From a bacterium (GTDB lineage: Bacteria; UBP7; UBA6624): a stretch of 55,163 nucleotides of DNA. Positions 17,945 to 28,183 of this stretch are shown here, in pieces (within the stretch, counting starts at the first letter, position 1; every line of letters begins with the position of its first letter). The position numbers and the translations under genes are program-made. The notes under the pieces are model-generated. The model was not told the origin of the DNA. It made no database searches and saw only the letters and a list, made by a program, of their open reading frames with translations. Where the stretch lies: assembly GCA_014384545.1 (NCBI GenBank), contig JACNFQ010000053.1, forward strand, positions 1 through 55,163. Reading direction: 5' to 3'.

Positions 17945-19171
17945 TTACGACACCCCATCTCCCCAACGTTTCGCTACATAGGTCTTAACGCGCTCCATGA
18001 AATCATCAACGAGTCCCTCCCCTTCCAAGAACCCCTCTTGTTCTCCATCCACATAGAGGGGAACTTTGGGGCTTTCCCCAGCCCCCGGCAGGCTCATGCC
18101 GATATCCGCAGCTTTGCTCTCTCCTGGACCATTTACGACACAGCCCATTACCGCCACGGCGAGTGTCTCGGAACCAGGATACGCTTGGGTCCATACTTCC
18201 CTTAACTTATCTAACCTTTCTTGAATCTCTGCTGCACTTCTACGAAAGAGGTCGGATGACGTTCTTCCACATCCTGGACACGCTGTTACAGACGGTCGGA
18301 AGGACCGAAGCGTTAGTCCCTGCAGAATCTCTTGGCAGAGACGAACCTCTGCTGTGCGGTCTCCATGAGGTTCGGGCGTTAGTGACGCTCTCACGGTATC
18401 CCCTATTCCCTCATCCAAGAGAATAGCCAGAGCCGAAGCAGTCGTTACGATGCCGCGAATGCCCATTCCAGCCTCTGTAAGTCCCAAGTGGAGGGGAAAT
18501 CCCGTTGCTTTTCCCAACCTCCGATAGACATCGACCATTTGGGGCAACCTAGAGACTTTACAGGACAGAATGATGCTCTCTTCTGGCAATCCCCAACCGA
18601 TCGCCACTTCGGCGCTTTGAGTGGCACTTTCTACCAACGCCTCTGTTTGGACATCTTCGGCAGAAAGAGGAACGGTTCGGTTGCCATTCTTGTCCATTCG
18701 TTCTGCAAATAGTTCCCTATCAAGCGACCCAGCATTAACACCAATCCGCACGGGCTTTCCAGCCTCTATTGCGATTTCAATAAAAGTGCGGAAGTTGGCA
18801 TCATGTCTTACACCAAGCCCCATATTTCCAGGATTAATGCGAAGCTTAGATAACGCTTGAACCAATGCGGGGTGCTTCCTTAGAAGAAGATGCCCATTGA
18901 AGTGAAAGTCCCCCACCAATGGGACGGGACAACCTGATGCTTCCATCCGCTTGACAATCTCTGGAACAGCTCTTGCTGCAGCACTATCATTAACAGTAAG
19001 CCTTACCAACTCGCTACCAGCCCGGGCTAAGCTAATCGCTTGTGCCGCTGTCTTCTCCACATCTGCCGTGGGTGTATCCGTCATGGACTGAATCACCACG
19101 GGGTGTTCTCCACCTATGGGCACACCACCCACAAGACAGACCGTGCTCTTCCTTCGCCTTGAAAGTCTCAT
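17945..19171 (-). CDS. ispG: HMBPP synthase IspG
   Basis: IQSMT, VGDFHF, RINPGN, RIGVNAGSL, LHLGLTEAG, ACPGCGRT and MGCVVNGPGE. Confidence 0.97.
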   Translation of the reverse strand: MRLSRRRKSTVCLVGGVPIGGEHPVVIQSMTDTPTADVEKTAAQAISLARAGSELVRLTVNDSAAARAVPEIVKRMEASGCPVPLVGDFHFNGHLLLRKHPALVQALSKLRINPGNMGLGVRHDANFRTFIEIAIEAGKPVRIGVNAGSLDRELFAERMDKNGNRTVPLSAEDVQTEALVESATQSAEVAIGWGLPEESIILSCKVSRLPQMVDVYRRLGKATGFPLHLGLTEAGMGIRGIVTTASALAILLDEGIGDTVRASLTPEPHGDRTAEVRLCQEILQGLTLRSFRPSVTACPGCGRTSSDLFRRSAAEIQERLDKLREVWTQAYPGSETLAVAVMGCVVNGPGESKAADIGMSLPGAGESPKVPLYVDGEQEGFLEGEGLVDDFMERVKTYVAKRWGDGVS

Positions 19172-20244
19172 GAGGCAAATCTATCAGGACTGAAGGGGCA
19201 TTCCTTTCTTCGTATGCCGTCCCACCATGCCCCAAACATTGAAGCGACTTCGGGAGCTAACAGAATGCCGTTTCGAAAGAGTCCCGTAGCCCAAAAAAGC
19301 CCCTCTTCTTCTTCTCTTGCCCCAATGATTGGGCAATCATCAGGACTACCTGGCCTAAACCCACACCACGCCTCGCCAATCTTCGCTTGACATATCCCTG
19401 GCACCCACTGGGCAATACGGGCAATGCGTCGATGCAGAATCGAGCGATCAATCGTCTCGTCCCAACCTTTGTCCTCTACCATTGAGCCAATCCACAACGC
19501 CCCTTTGCCCTGTGGCACCATATAGGCCGACTCGCCATGGAGGGTGTGGGTGGGGGGGTTTTCTCCCAAGAGATGGAGTTCAATCAACTGACCCCGCATC
19601 GGTTTCACGGGTGGTACCCATCCTTGAGGACTTTTTAAGGACCAAGCACCTGTCGTCATCACCACCCGATTGGCTTGGAGGTGATCCCCCTTGCTGGTCG
19701 TTGCTGAAAAAGAGCCCTCCTTCCCTTGGAGAAGAACGACCTCTGACCCCTCCCTTATTACACATCCCTTAGCGATGAGTGCATCTCGCAATTGATAGAG
19801 AAGGTGGCGGGGATGGATGCGTCCTTCTTCACGGATGAATAATGCCTGGGGCACACGGAGCCAACCAAAGCTCTCACCTAAAGTTTGCTCTTTTATCCAT
19901 TCCCCCTTTAGCCCCACCTGAAGTAGGCTCTCTGCTCTCTCTGCTGTGTGCGCCTCCACAGGGTAAAGAACGCCTTCCATATGGAGCTCTGGGTCGCCCT
20001 TTGCACATTCTTGGAGCACACCAATCCAAGCAGGATACCTGCGAATCCCTGACCAACAAAGAGCGTTCAAAGAGGCGTCGGACCACGACATTCCTGCGGG
20101 GGAGAGTATGCCCGCACTCGCTTGACTAGCCCCTGCCCCACATGTATCCTTTTCTAGGAGGGTCACAGAAACCCCCTTAGAAAGGGCCTCTAATGCGACG
20201 GCCATACCCATGACACCACCACCCACCACCAAGAGATCGCTCAT
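19168..20244 (-). CDS. thiO: Glycine oxidase ThiO-like FAD oxidoreductase
   Basis: GGGVMG, GASQASAGIL, PMRGQ, WCGFRPGSPD and TGLFRNGILLAP. Confidence 0.8.
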   Translation of the reverse strand: MSDLLVVGGGVMGMAVALEALSKGVSVTLLEKDTCGAGASQASAGILSPAGMSWSDASLNALCWSGIRRYPAWIGVLQECAKGDPELHMEGVLYPVEAHTAERAESLLQVGLKGEWIKEQTLGESFGWLRVPQALFIREEGRIHPRHLLYQLRDALIAKGCVIREGSEVVLLQGKEGSFSATTSKGDHLQANRVVMTTGAWSLKSPQGWVPPVKPMRGQLIELHLLGENPPTHTLHGESAYMVPQGKGALWIGSMVEDKGWDETIDRSILHRRIARIAQWVPGICQAKIGEAWCGFRPGSPDDCPIIGAREEEEGLFWATGLFRNGILLAPEVASMFGAWWDGIRRKECPFSPDRFAS

Positions 20245-20287
20245 AGGGAGAATCCTAGAACTAGGATGACTCCCTTTGGAGGAGAAA

Positions 20288-21898
20288 ATGGAAAAAAGTA
20301 TTAGAGCTTATTTTGAGGATCTTGAATCGTTGGTTCGTCCCTTGCGTAAAGCGATTTCTTTGGGCTGGTGGGGCAAAGAGACAACAGGGGAAACCGTCTT
20401 TCAAGAGATTGTCCAGACTTTAGGTGAGCATTTGGAAAGTATCAATGCCGACCCCGAACGCTTTGGTCAAGTGAAGTCTTGGCACGAGAGAAGAGAGGAG
20501 ATTGGTGACCCCCTCTTGCGACGCATCGTAGAAGAATCTTACTTGGGTGCGGTTGGAAATCAAAAGACACCAGGAGAAATCAGCGAATCCCTAAAACTTT
20601 CAATCAAGATCTCCTCCACATTTGTAAGCCATCGCAGTGAAGTGGGTGGAAAGAAGATGAGCGACAACGACCTCTTGGAGATTCTGAAAGAGAGCAACGA
20701 CAATGACGAACGGCAAGAGGCATGGGAAGCATCCAAAACGATTGGTGTTGTCGTTAGGGATGATGTGATCGCCTTGGCGCACCTAAGGAATGGTTGGGCA
20801 CAACGGCTGGGGTTTAGAGATTACTACGCGATGCGCCTAGAAACCCAAGAAGTAGAAGAGTCTTTCCTATACCAGCTATTGGATGATCTAGCGGCACAAA
20901 CCAAAGTCCCTTTTCTTGCCCATAAAGCTACTGATGACGCCAAGCGCTCCCAACGGTTTGGCACGCCCATCAACGACCTCATGCCATGGCACTACGAAAA
21001 CCCCTTTTTCCAGGATGTACCTGTAGACCCTTCTTTGACCGACCCTTGGTTTAGAGAAAAGGATCTTGAAGCGCTTGCCCTAGAGACTTTCGACTCTGTC
21101 GGTTTGGATATTCGCCCCTCCCTTGAAAAGAGCGACCTTTACGAACGGGAAGGGAAAAACCAGCATGGCTTCTGTTTGTCTGTGGATGACTCCGTCCAAG
21201 ACACACGCGTCCTTTGCAACTTGCGCCCCAACACCCAATGGGCCGACACCATCCTTCATGAATATGGTCATGCCATATACAACCTATTATCTGTTGAGGA
21301 CCTTCCGTGGTTCTTACAGGGCCCCGCTCACACAAATAGCACCGAAGCGATTGCGATGATCTTTGGGAGGCAAGTGTTGAGGCCTGACTGGCTAACAGCG
21401 TTCTTAGGTGTATCTCATGAAGAGCTGGCTAGCAGTAAGAATGCACTTGCTGACGGACAGAATTACAAGATGTTGGCGTTTAGTAGGTGGATGCAAGTGA
21501 TGTGCCGATTTGAACGTGCACTCTATGCCGACCCCGATCAAGACCTGAATAAGGTCTGGTGGGATTTGAAGGAGAGATACCAAGGGCTAAACCGTCCTGA
21601 AGGGAGAGATGCTCCTGATTGGGCATCGAAAATTCATATTCCCAATTCGCCTGTCTATTACCACAACTACATGATTGGCGAGATGACCGCCAGCCAGTTG
21701 GAACATACGATCCACAAGGAATCGGGGAAGGGTCTCTTGAAGAACGAAGAGGCGGGCATTTTCTTAAGGAAGATGTTCTCATTAGGGAGCACTTTGCGAT
21801 GGGATACCCTCGTGGAAAGAATGACCGGAGCCCCCCTTTCCGCAAACGCTTGGGCAACAGACTTTGCCCACCCCCCTAAATCAAGCATGGAGAGCTAA
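20288..21898 (+). CDS. M3/M2-type zinc metallopeptidase
   Basis: LHEYGH, TEAIAM, FERALY, DWASKIH and PVYYHNY. Confidence 0.88.
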   Translation: MEKSIRAYFEDLESLVRPLRKAISLGWWGKETTGETVFQEIVQTLGEHLESINADPERFGQVKSWHERREEIGDPLLRRIVEESYLGAVGNQKTPGEISESLKLSIKISSTFVSHRSEVGGKKMSDNDLLEILKESNDNDERQEAWEASKTIGVVVRDDVIALAHLRNGWAQRLGFRDYYAMRLETQEVEESFLYQLLDDLAAQTKVPFLAHKATDDAKRSQRFGTPINDLMPWHYENPFFQDVPVDPSLTDPWFREKDLEALALETFDSVGLDIRPSLEKSDLYEREGKNQHGFCLSVDDSVQDTRVLCNLRPNTQWADTILHEYGHAIYNLLSVEDLPWFLQGPAHTNSTEAIAMIFGRQVLRPDWLTAFLGVSHEELASSKNALADGQNYKMLAFSRWMQVMCRFERALYADPDQDLNKVWWDLKERYQGLNRPEGRDAPDWASKIHIPNSPVYYHNYMIGEMTASQLEHTIHKESGKGLLKNEEAGIFLRKMFSLGSTLRWDTLVERMTGAPLSANAWATDFAHPPKSSMES

Positions 21899-21968
21899 GA
21901 CCCCCAGCCCTTAGAGATAATCGGTGCCGGTGTTGTCCTTTGGACTGGTTAAGTGATGCTACCGAGGG

Positions 21969-22943
21969 CTAAAGGTCTTTGGCGGGAATAGGGGGGGCAT
22001 CTTCAATAAGAAGTTCCGTCTTATCTTCCCAAGGTGACCAATCCCCTTTCAAAACGAAGAAAGAGACCACAGCCAAGGGGATCCACAATGCCAAACCGAA
22101 GGGTGTTGCCATACCCGACTCTGGATTAGCTAAGTAGAGACCAGTGGGCGCAAGATGAGAACCCAATGACGCACCCACCAATCCCGTTGCCCAAATGCTA
22201 CCCCACCTTAGAAAGACCCAACTCCCAATAATAGCTAGAAAGATGGTCTGAATGCCCGAACCCAAAGCAACTTCTTCTACACTATGTCCCATAAACTGGG
22301 CTTCAGGGGCAACCATCACCATAAAAGATGCTGCCACACCAGCCAGCACGCCCACAGCAATCGCCGCTTTGCGCCGACCCACTCGCACAGCCATTCTGGG
22401 CAAGAAATAGGCATACCATCCATAGGTAGACCCTATCGCCAAGAACATCCCAATGAATGGACCGACAGCCATCGTGATCCACTGTGCCCCCGCGGTTGTA
22501 CCCACTTGTTTCTCAATGAAGCCAGGAGGCAGATCTGAAAGACTGACACCTTGGGCGGCCATTGCCGCCTTCAATGCAATGGTCATTTCAGCTTTCCACG
22601 CGGTCATCTCCAAATCAATCTCGGCCCAGCCAAAGAGGGCTGTAAAGGCAAAAGCGAGCCAAGCGATACCGATTCCCCCCAAGAACAGACCCCAAAAGAC
22701 CTTACCGGGCATCCACTTGAACCCAGCACCACCAAAGCCCTCTTTTCCTACAAGCCTTGCTATTACAGCCGCTATTGCGGGGAGAAAACTCAATCCCACC
22801 ACCAAGAAACCTGCCATGGGATTTGCAGAATCACCAGAAGCGACACCTTGGGATTTCATTTGGAAGACCAACCACAGGGGGAGAATGAAGGCGACCGCCA
22901 AATAGACAACCAAACCAAGAGGGAGACTGTTTTTCTTATTCAT
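21969..22943 (-). CDS. CPBP/Abi-like membrane protein lacking catalytic residues
   Basis: Multi-TM. GSTYGWYAYFLPRM sits where CPBP proteins have GEExGWRGYLLP; WVFLRWGSIW also matches the family. Start may be 22952. Confidence 0.6.
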   Translation of the reverse strand: MNKKNSLPLGLVVYLAVAFILPLWLVFQMKSQGVASGDSANPMAGFLVVGLSFLPAIAAVIARLVGKEGFGGAGFKWMPGKVFWGLFLGGIGIAWLAFAFTALFGWAEIDLEMTAWKAEMTIALKAAMAAQGVSLSDLPPGFIEKQVGTTAGAQWITMAVGPFIGMFLAIGSTYGWYAYFLPRMAVRVGRRKAAIAVGVLAGVAASFMVMVAPEAQFMGHSVEEVALGSGIQTIFLAIIGSWVFLRWGSIWATGLVGASLGSHLAPTGLYLANPESGMATPFGLALWIPLAVVSFFVLKGDWSPWEDKTELLIEDAPPIPAKDL

Positions 22944-22990
22944 ACTTCCCATTTTACGCTCCTTTTTCCAATCGGCATGAGTTTCGTCAG

Positions 22991-23983
22991 TTACATAGAG
23001 CGCAATCTCTCAATACGCTTCTCCATAGGGGGGTGGGTCTCAAAGAGACCAAGAAAACCCTCTTGATATTCCCGTAGAGGATTCCATATCCAAAGATGGG
23101 CATTCCCCATCTTCGCAACCTCTAGGGGCTCGGTGTCGGTGGAAATCTTCTCCAAGGCACTCCATAGACCTTCGGGGTTTCGAGTAATCGCTACTGCTGT
23201 CGCATCCGCCAAGAACTCCCTCTTGCGTGATACGGCGAACCGCACCAGTTGCGCCGCTAAGGGGGCAATGATCGCAACGAGAAGCATCAAGACGAGAATC
23301 GCGGCACCCCCCTCGCCCCTTCTGCGTCGGCTTCCACCATACCGCATTGAACGCCACATCACCTCCGAAAGTGAGAGTATCGTCCCTACCAGTGCAGAAA
23401 CCAAGACCATCAACGCACTATCTCCATTCTCGATATGGGCAAGCTCATGTGCCAAAACACCCTCTAATTCATATCGGTCCAGCTGTTCTAGGAGTCCAGT
23501 CGTAACGACTATCGCCGCTTTCTCACCCTTTGAAACAGCAAATGCATTCGGTGCCCCATCATCCACCACACGAATCTCTATATCCTCCCCTCGCCCTACA
23601 GCCAACATCAGTGCCGAAACCAACGGTCTAACGCGCCTGTTCTCTTCGGGACGGGGATGTCGTGCTCGTGCTGCGGCTAGCACAGCTGGCATGCCCCATA
23701 ACGAAGAGCCCCCCCAACTCAAAAGCCCCCATCCCACACCCACCAAAAGACCGACTACCAAGTCCTCTAGAAAGAAGAACCCGAATGCGGCACCTATGCC
23801 CCCCAAAAGGACAAGAAGAAAGAGGACCAAGCCCACCGTCTTACGACGGTTTGACTTCTGTTCATCAGAAAAAAGCCGGCGCATCCGGGGGACAGAAGGA
23901 CCAGGAATCTCCTCCTTAATTCGTGCTCCAAGTGGCAGAGCATTTGGGGGGTCCCAATCTGGAGTGGGGTCTTTGTATACCAA
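22991..23983 (-). CDS. htpX: HtpX-family M48 zinc protease
   Basis: PNAFA, VTTGLL, GVLAHELAH, SRKREFLADA and FETHPP. Confidence 0.92.
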   Translation of the reverse strand: MVYKDPTPDWDPPNALPLGARIKEEIPGPSVPRMRRLFSDEQKSNRRKTVGLVLFLLVLLGGIGAAFGFFFLEDLVVGLLVGVGWGLLSWGGSSLWGMPAVLAAARARHPRPEENRRVRPLVSALMLAVGRGEDIEIRVVDDGAPNAFAVSKGEKAAIVVTTGLLEQLDRYELEGVLAHELAHIENGDSALMVLVSALVGTILSLSEVMWRSMRYGGSRRRRGEGGAAILVLMLLVAIIAPLAAQLVRFAVSRKREFLADATAVAITRNPEGLWSALEKISTDTEPLEVAKMGNAHLWIWNPLREYQEGFLGLFETHPPMEKRIERLRSM

Positions 23984-23995
23984 GAATACCCTTCG

Positions 23996-24538
23996 TTAGA
24001 AAGAGACCGAAGGGGCGTCGTGGGCGGCACAATCATCGGGAATATCAAAGAGATCCGCTGCACCAAACCCCGATGCAGCGAATGACCAAGGGAACATCAA
24101 GCGGAGGGCGTTGTACTTGGTCACGACGTCGTTGTGGTGTTGCCTCGCATAGGCGATTCGGTTTTCGGTATTGGACAACTCTTCAGTAAGTTGTCGGAAG
24201 TTCGCATCTGCTTTCAACTCTGGATACGCCTCGGACAGGGCAAAGATACGTCCCAATGCAGCGCCTAACATGCCCTCGGCTAAGCCTTGCTCTTGAGGGT
24301 TTCCCGCAGCAACGGCTTGGTTGCGTGCCTGAATCACTGCCTCTAAGGTCTCCCTTTCATGGTTCTTATACCCCTTGACCGTTTCCACCAAGTTGGGAAT
24401 CAGGTCGTAGCGACGCTTCAGTTGGACTTCAACCTGAGACCAAGCATTCGCTATAGACGCCGAGAGTTTTACGAAACCGTTTCTAGCTGAAATGAACCAA
24501 ATCCCACCAGCCACCAAGACACCCAAAACATAGAACAT
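23996..24538 (-). CDS. lemA: LemA-family protein
   Basis: NAWSQVEVQLKRRYDLIPNLVETVKGY, EAYPELKA and TENRIAYAR. Confidence 0.96.
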   Translation of the reverse strand: MFYVLGVLVAGGIWFISARNGFVKLSASIANAWSQVEVQLKRRYDLIPNLVETVKGYKNHERETLEAVIQARNQAVAAGNPQEQGLAEGMLGAALGRIFALSEAYPELKADANFRQLTEELSNTENRIAYARQHHNDVVTKYNALRLMFPWSFAASGFGAADLFDIPDDCAAHDAPSVSF

Positions 24539-24579
24539 ATAGATTCCTCCTATCCCTTATTTTACGCAAGAGAGAGAGA

Positions 24580-25800
24580 CTAGGTGATTCGATAGACCCA
24601 TTCCTCGATGTGATCACACGGTTGACAATGGTATTCAGCGACGCGAATAGGTCGACCCAAAGGGCCCGTTAGGTCGTGTAGTGTTCGCAATCCCATGACC
24701 CTTGTGCAATGGCAAGGGGGTCGCTTCTGGCTTGCACGCTCTTCTACTTCCGGGGCAGGACATGATGGTGCTGATGTGAAATAGCCATCGTAGGGAATCA
24801 GAAGGCGGTTAAATGAGTGGACAAAGCGTTGAGCCCACAATGAAGCATCGTAGCGATCTTCAACCCGAATAGAACGGGGGATGTCTCGTGGCAGGTCGCC
24901 ACCACCACCCAGCCACTCCTTTCGTGCATCTGCCATCGCCACCAAGACTTTGGGATGCTCCCATGCGTATTTTCTGAGAGCGCTTCGGGCAATGAAATTG
25001 TATTGGTGTCCTACCTGCCCATACTGTGCAAGATACGAGAATAGCGGTCGTGCCAACAAAGAGGCTCCCCACGCCTCACGCGTGGACTTGATCTCTAACC
25101 CCAACGGATTTCCTTCGTGGCGGACATCACTAGCCAACCACCCGATTTCGTGGCGTCCCACACCAGCCTCAACCAAGACATCAGGTGCCCCCTTGTATCC
25201 TGTTATCTCCTTCGAAATATCCCCTGCACGCCACCAACGACGGGGGCTAGGCTGCCAAGCCCTCTCTATCTCTACCCCCGTAAACCGAGCCAAATGCAAT
25301 GCTCCCAAGATAGAGATTGAACGGGGACGCTCTGAAAACTCAGTATCAATGAAATCCTCAAGAATCTGTTCGGTAGATAGAACCCCCTTGTAATCATCAA
25401 TCGGTGTTTGATACTCCACATAGGCGACCTTGGCTAAAACATCATCTGTAACGACCGCAAATCCAAAGTGTTGGGCAACGGCAAAAACAGTCGCTTCCCC
25501 TAAATCAAGGGCCTTTGTACGCAAGAGCCGAAAGAGCGATGTCGCTTCGGGATCGACTTTCCTGAAGTTAATGATCTCCAAGCCCGCCCCCACCAGCGCG
25601 TCTTTCTGCTTCCTGCTCCTAATCTCATTCCCAACGCTCTTCGTTGTAACCGTACGCAATCCCGCTTTCTGAAGAGCTGTCAAAACAGAAAGATGCCCCC
25701 CCTTTTCTAGCTTGATCAACACATCGGCATCAAAGACTAAGGTGCTATTTCCCCGCTTGTGAACCCGATCAAAAACCGAAGCAACACCCTGTTCAATCAT
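24580..25800 (-). CDS. PIN-domain protein with a putative PD-(D/E)xK nuclease domain and a C-terminal Zn ribbon
   Basis: LVFDADVL...SVGNEI...LDLGEA...VVTDD (PIN); APDVLVE...LEIKS; CHC...CQPC. Confidence 0.7.
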   Translation of the reverse strand: MIEQGVASVFDRVHKRGNSTLVFDADVLIKLEKGGHLSVLTALQKAGLRTVTTKSVGNEIRSRKQKDALVGAGLEIINFRKVDPEATSLFRLLRTKALDLGEATVFAVAQHFGFAVVTDDVLAKVAYVEYQTPIDDYKGVLSTEQILEDFIDTEFSERPRSISILGALHLARFTGVEIERAWQPSPRRWWRAGDISKEITGYKGAPDVLVEAGVGRHEIGWLASDVRHEGNPLGLEIKSTREAWGASLLARPLFSYLAQYGQVGHQYNFIARSALRKYAWEHPKVLVAMADARKEWLGGGGDLPRDIPRSIRVEDRYDASLWAQRFVHSFNRLLIPYDGYFTSAPSCPAPEVEERASQKRPPCHCTRVMGLRTLHDLTGPLGRPIRVAEYHCQPCDHIEEWVYRIT

Positions 25801-25803
25801 CGG

Positions 25804-26601
25804 CTAGAGACTCGTTACATCCCGCCGAATACGGTTTATTGATACCGCCTTGCTGGTCTCACTATCTACTGTAATCAACGCTCCTTGAAATGTGGCAGAA
25901 CCCACTCTGGGTGTGGAAAACCGAGTGCCAATACCTTTCCGAAAACGCTCGACACTGATCTCGGGGACAACCCCAATGACAGAATCAAGCGCCCCGGTCA
26001 TTCCTATATCCGAAATACCGGCTAGCCCCTTCGGAAAAATGCGTTCATCTGCTGTCGCAACATGGGTATGTGTCCCCCAACACGCTGTGGCATTTCCATC
26101 AAGGAACCACTGCATCGCCTGTTTTTCGCTCGTTGCCTCTGCGTGGAACTCCACCAAGAGAATCTCCCCCTCTCTCTTTTCCTCCAGGATTCCCTCTATG
26201 CACGCAAAAGGATTGTCCGTTCCTTCTCTCATAAATACCCTACCCTGAAGAACGACCAATCGGATAGGGCGCCCCTTGACAACTTCCGTCCAAACTCCTT
26301 GTCCGGGGGCTCCCATTGGATAGTTTGCTGGACGAACCAAAGGTTCTGTTGCATTGCTCATCACACGGCGAATAGATCCTTGGTCTAGCCAATGATCCCC
26401 TAGTGTCACGATATCTGCACCCGAATCTTTCAAATCAAAGTAGTTGGGCTCACTCAACCCAAATCCACCACTCGCGTTCTCGCCATTGACAATCACCAAA
26501 TCTGCTTTATGCTCTTCGCGTACCCGAAAAAGCTCCCGCTGGATCATTCGGCGACCCAACCTCCCCATCACATCTCCCACAACTAAGATGCGGATGGTCA
26601 C
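25804..26601 (-). CDS. ymdB: YmdB-like metallophosphoesterase
   Basis: GDVMG, NGENASGG, TLGDH, RPANYP, FHAEATSEK, GTHTHV and DIGMTG. Confidence 0.93.
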   Translation of the reverse strand: MTIRILVVGDVMGRLGRRMIQRELFRVREEHKADLVIVNGENASGGFGLSEPNYFDLKDSGADIVTLGDHWLDQGSIRRVMSNATEPLVRPANYPMGAPGQGVWTEVVKGRPIRLVVLQGRVFMREGTDNPFACIEGILEEKREGEILLVEFHAEATSEKQAMQWFLDGNATACWGTHTHVATADERIFPKGLAGISDIGMTGALDSVIGVVPEISVERFRKGIGTRFSTPRVGSATFQGALITVDSETSKAVSINRIRRDVTSL

Positions 26602-28118
26602 AAGGTAACCCGACCCCGCCGCTCCCGAATCACTGTAATCGTCAAAGAACCAGGTATCTCTAGTTCCTCTCGAATCCGCCGACCAATCCTCTCTGCCAAT
26701 ACGGTGGGATCACGATCCCCCGACCTGTCGGGGTCAAGAACGACCCTCACTTCTCGCCCAGCACTGACAGCATAAACGGATGCCACACCCTCTTCTTCCA
26801 TCCCCAGAGCCTCTATCGCTTCCAACCTCTCCATATGTTCTTCCGTATTCTCGCGCCTTGCTCCTGGACGGGCCGACGAAAGAGCATCTACTAACCCCAC
26901 CAAGGCTGCTTCAGCATTCTCGGGAGCAACCTCACCGTGGTGGCATGCCACCCCATTCGCCACAGGGGCAGACTCTCCCCTTTCCAGAAGGAATCTTGCT
27001 CCTGCTTCCGCATGGGGAATCCCAGCACCAGCATCAGGTAGTGCTTTCCCGATATCGTGAAGAAACGCCATCCTAGAGAGAAGGGCACTATCTAACCCGA
27101 TCGTACGGGCTAAGAGATTAGCGATGCGGGCACACTCGACACTGTGGAGCAAGAGGTTTTGCCCCATACTGGACCGAAAACCCATATGCCCCATCATCCT
27201 CTCCACTTCGCGATGGAGCCCCTCCACCCCAGCTTCTTGAGCAGCTCTAGCTCCCCTTTCTCGAGCTTCCTCCTCTATCCCTTCCTCGGCCCGCTCAATC
27301 TCGGCTTCGATAGCGGGAGGATGAATACGACCATCAGCAATCAACTGCTCCAACGCTCTTTTTGCGATCGCTCTTCGTAAACCGTCGTGGGAAGCGATGA
27401 CGATCTGGAGTGATTCATCAATGATGAGGTCCACGCCCGCTCGCTCTTGAAACGACTTTACATTCCTACCGCCCTTCCCAATGATGCGCCCCTTCCACGA
27501 CTCTTCAGGTATCTTGATAAGGTCTGTAAAGTCCTCAGCCAACAGAGCAGGGATTTCCACACGTTGAATCGCTTCAAGTAAGAGGTCTCGGGCTCTTGCC
27601 TCTGCCGTTCTCTCTGCCATAGCTTCCCCTTCTTTAGCCAACCGCCTTAGAGCCTCGCGGCTCGCTCTGCGGGCATGGTCAACTACGAAGTCGCGTGCCT
27701 CATCTGCTGATAGCCCTGCCAACGCTTCAACCCGACCAGCCAACTCCTCTTCTTCCTTCAAGTGCCTCTTCTCTTGGTTCTCTAGCCTCTTTTTCCACGC
27801 CTCCATCTCTGCCCTCTCTTTCTCGGCAGTTGCCCTCGCTATGCGTCGTTCCTTCTCTCGTCGGGTTTCCTCATTTCTGTTCTGTTCTAGAAGTTGTTTG
27901 GCAACACCCCTTTCTTCAGCGGCAGCTAAGCGAGCCTGTTCAGCACCCTCTCTCTCTGCTCTGGCTTCTTTCTTGATGGCGGTGATTTGAGACTTCGCTT
28001 CAAGGATTTCTGCAGCACGCTCATCTACCCGCTCTTTCTTGCTTTTTGCTAGGATAAGTGCACCCACCACACCAGCCCCAAGTGCACCCACAAGAATGCC
28101 TGTCCAAAATAATGTCAC
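26598..28118 (-). CDS. rny: Ribonuclease Y
   Basis: N-terminal TM, coiled coil, KH domain KGRIIGKGGRN, HD domain LHDIGKA, LSSARPGARRE; GTG start follows GGAGA. Confidence 0.93.
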   Translation of the reverse strand: MTLFWTGILVGALGAGVVGALILAKSKKERVDERAAEILEAKSQITAIKKEARAEREGAEQARLAAAEERGVAKQLLEQNRNEETRREKERRIARATAEKERAEMEAWKKRLENQEKRHLKEEEELAGRVEALAGLSADEARDFVVDHARRASREALRRLAKEGEAMAERTAEARARDLLLEAIQRVEIPALLAEDFTDLIKIPEESWKGRIIGKGGRNVKSFQERAGVDLIIDESLQIVIASHDGLRRAIAKRALEQLIADGRIHPPAIEAEIERAEEGIEEEARERGARAAQEAGVEGLHREVERMMGHMGFRSSMGQNLLLHSVECARIANLLARTIGLDSALLSRMAFLHDIGKALPDAGAGIPHAEAGARFLLERGESAPVANGVACHHGEVAPENAEAALVGLVDALSSARPGARRENTEEHMERLEAIEALGMEEEGVASVYAVSAGREVRVVLDPDRSGDRDPTVLAERIGRRIREELEIPGSLTITVIRERRGRVTL

Positions 28119-28183
28119 ATTCGTTCTCCCTGTCAGTCGCCAAGGCGACCGTTTAGTGGGGTACCCCAAAGGGGATACTAACT

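Noticed and set aside
23133-23999. 288-aa plus-strand ORF
   Set aside because: Antisense shadow of htpX with no motifs.
28119-28183. Short hairpins between recA and rny
   Set aside because: Stems are only 4-6 bp with no U-tract, too weak to call a terminator or ncRNA.
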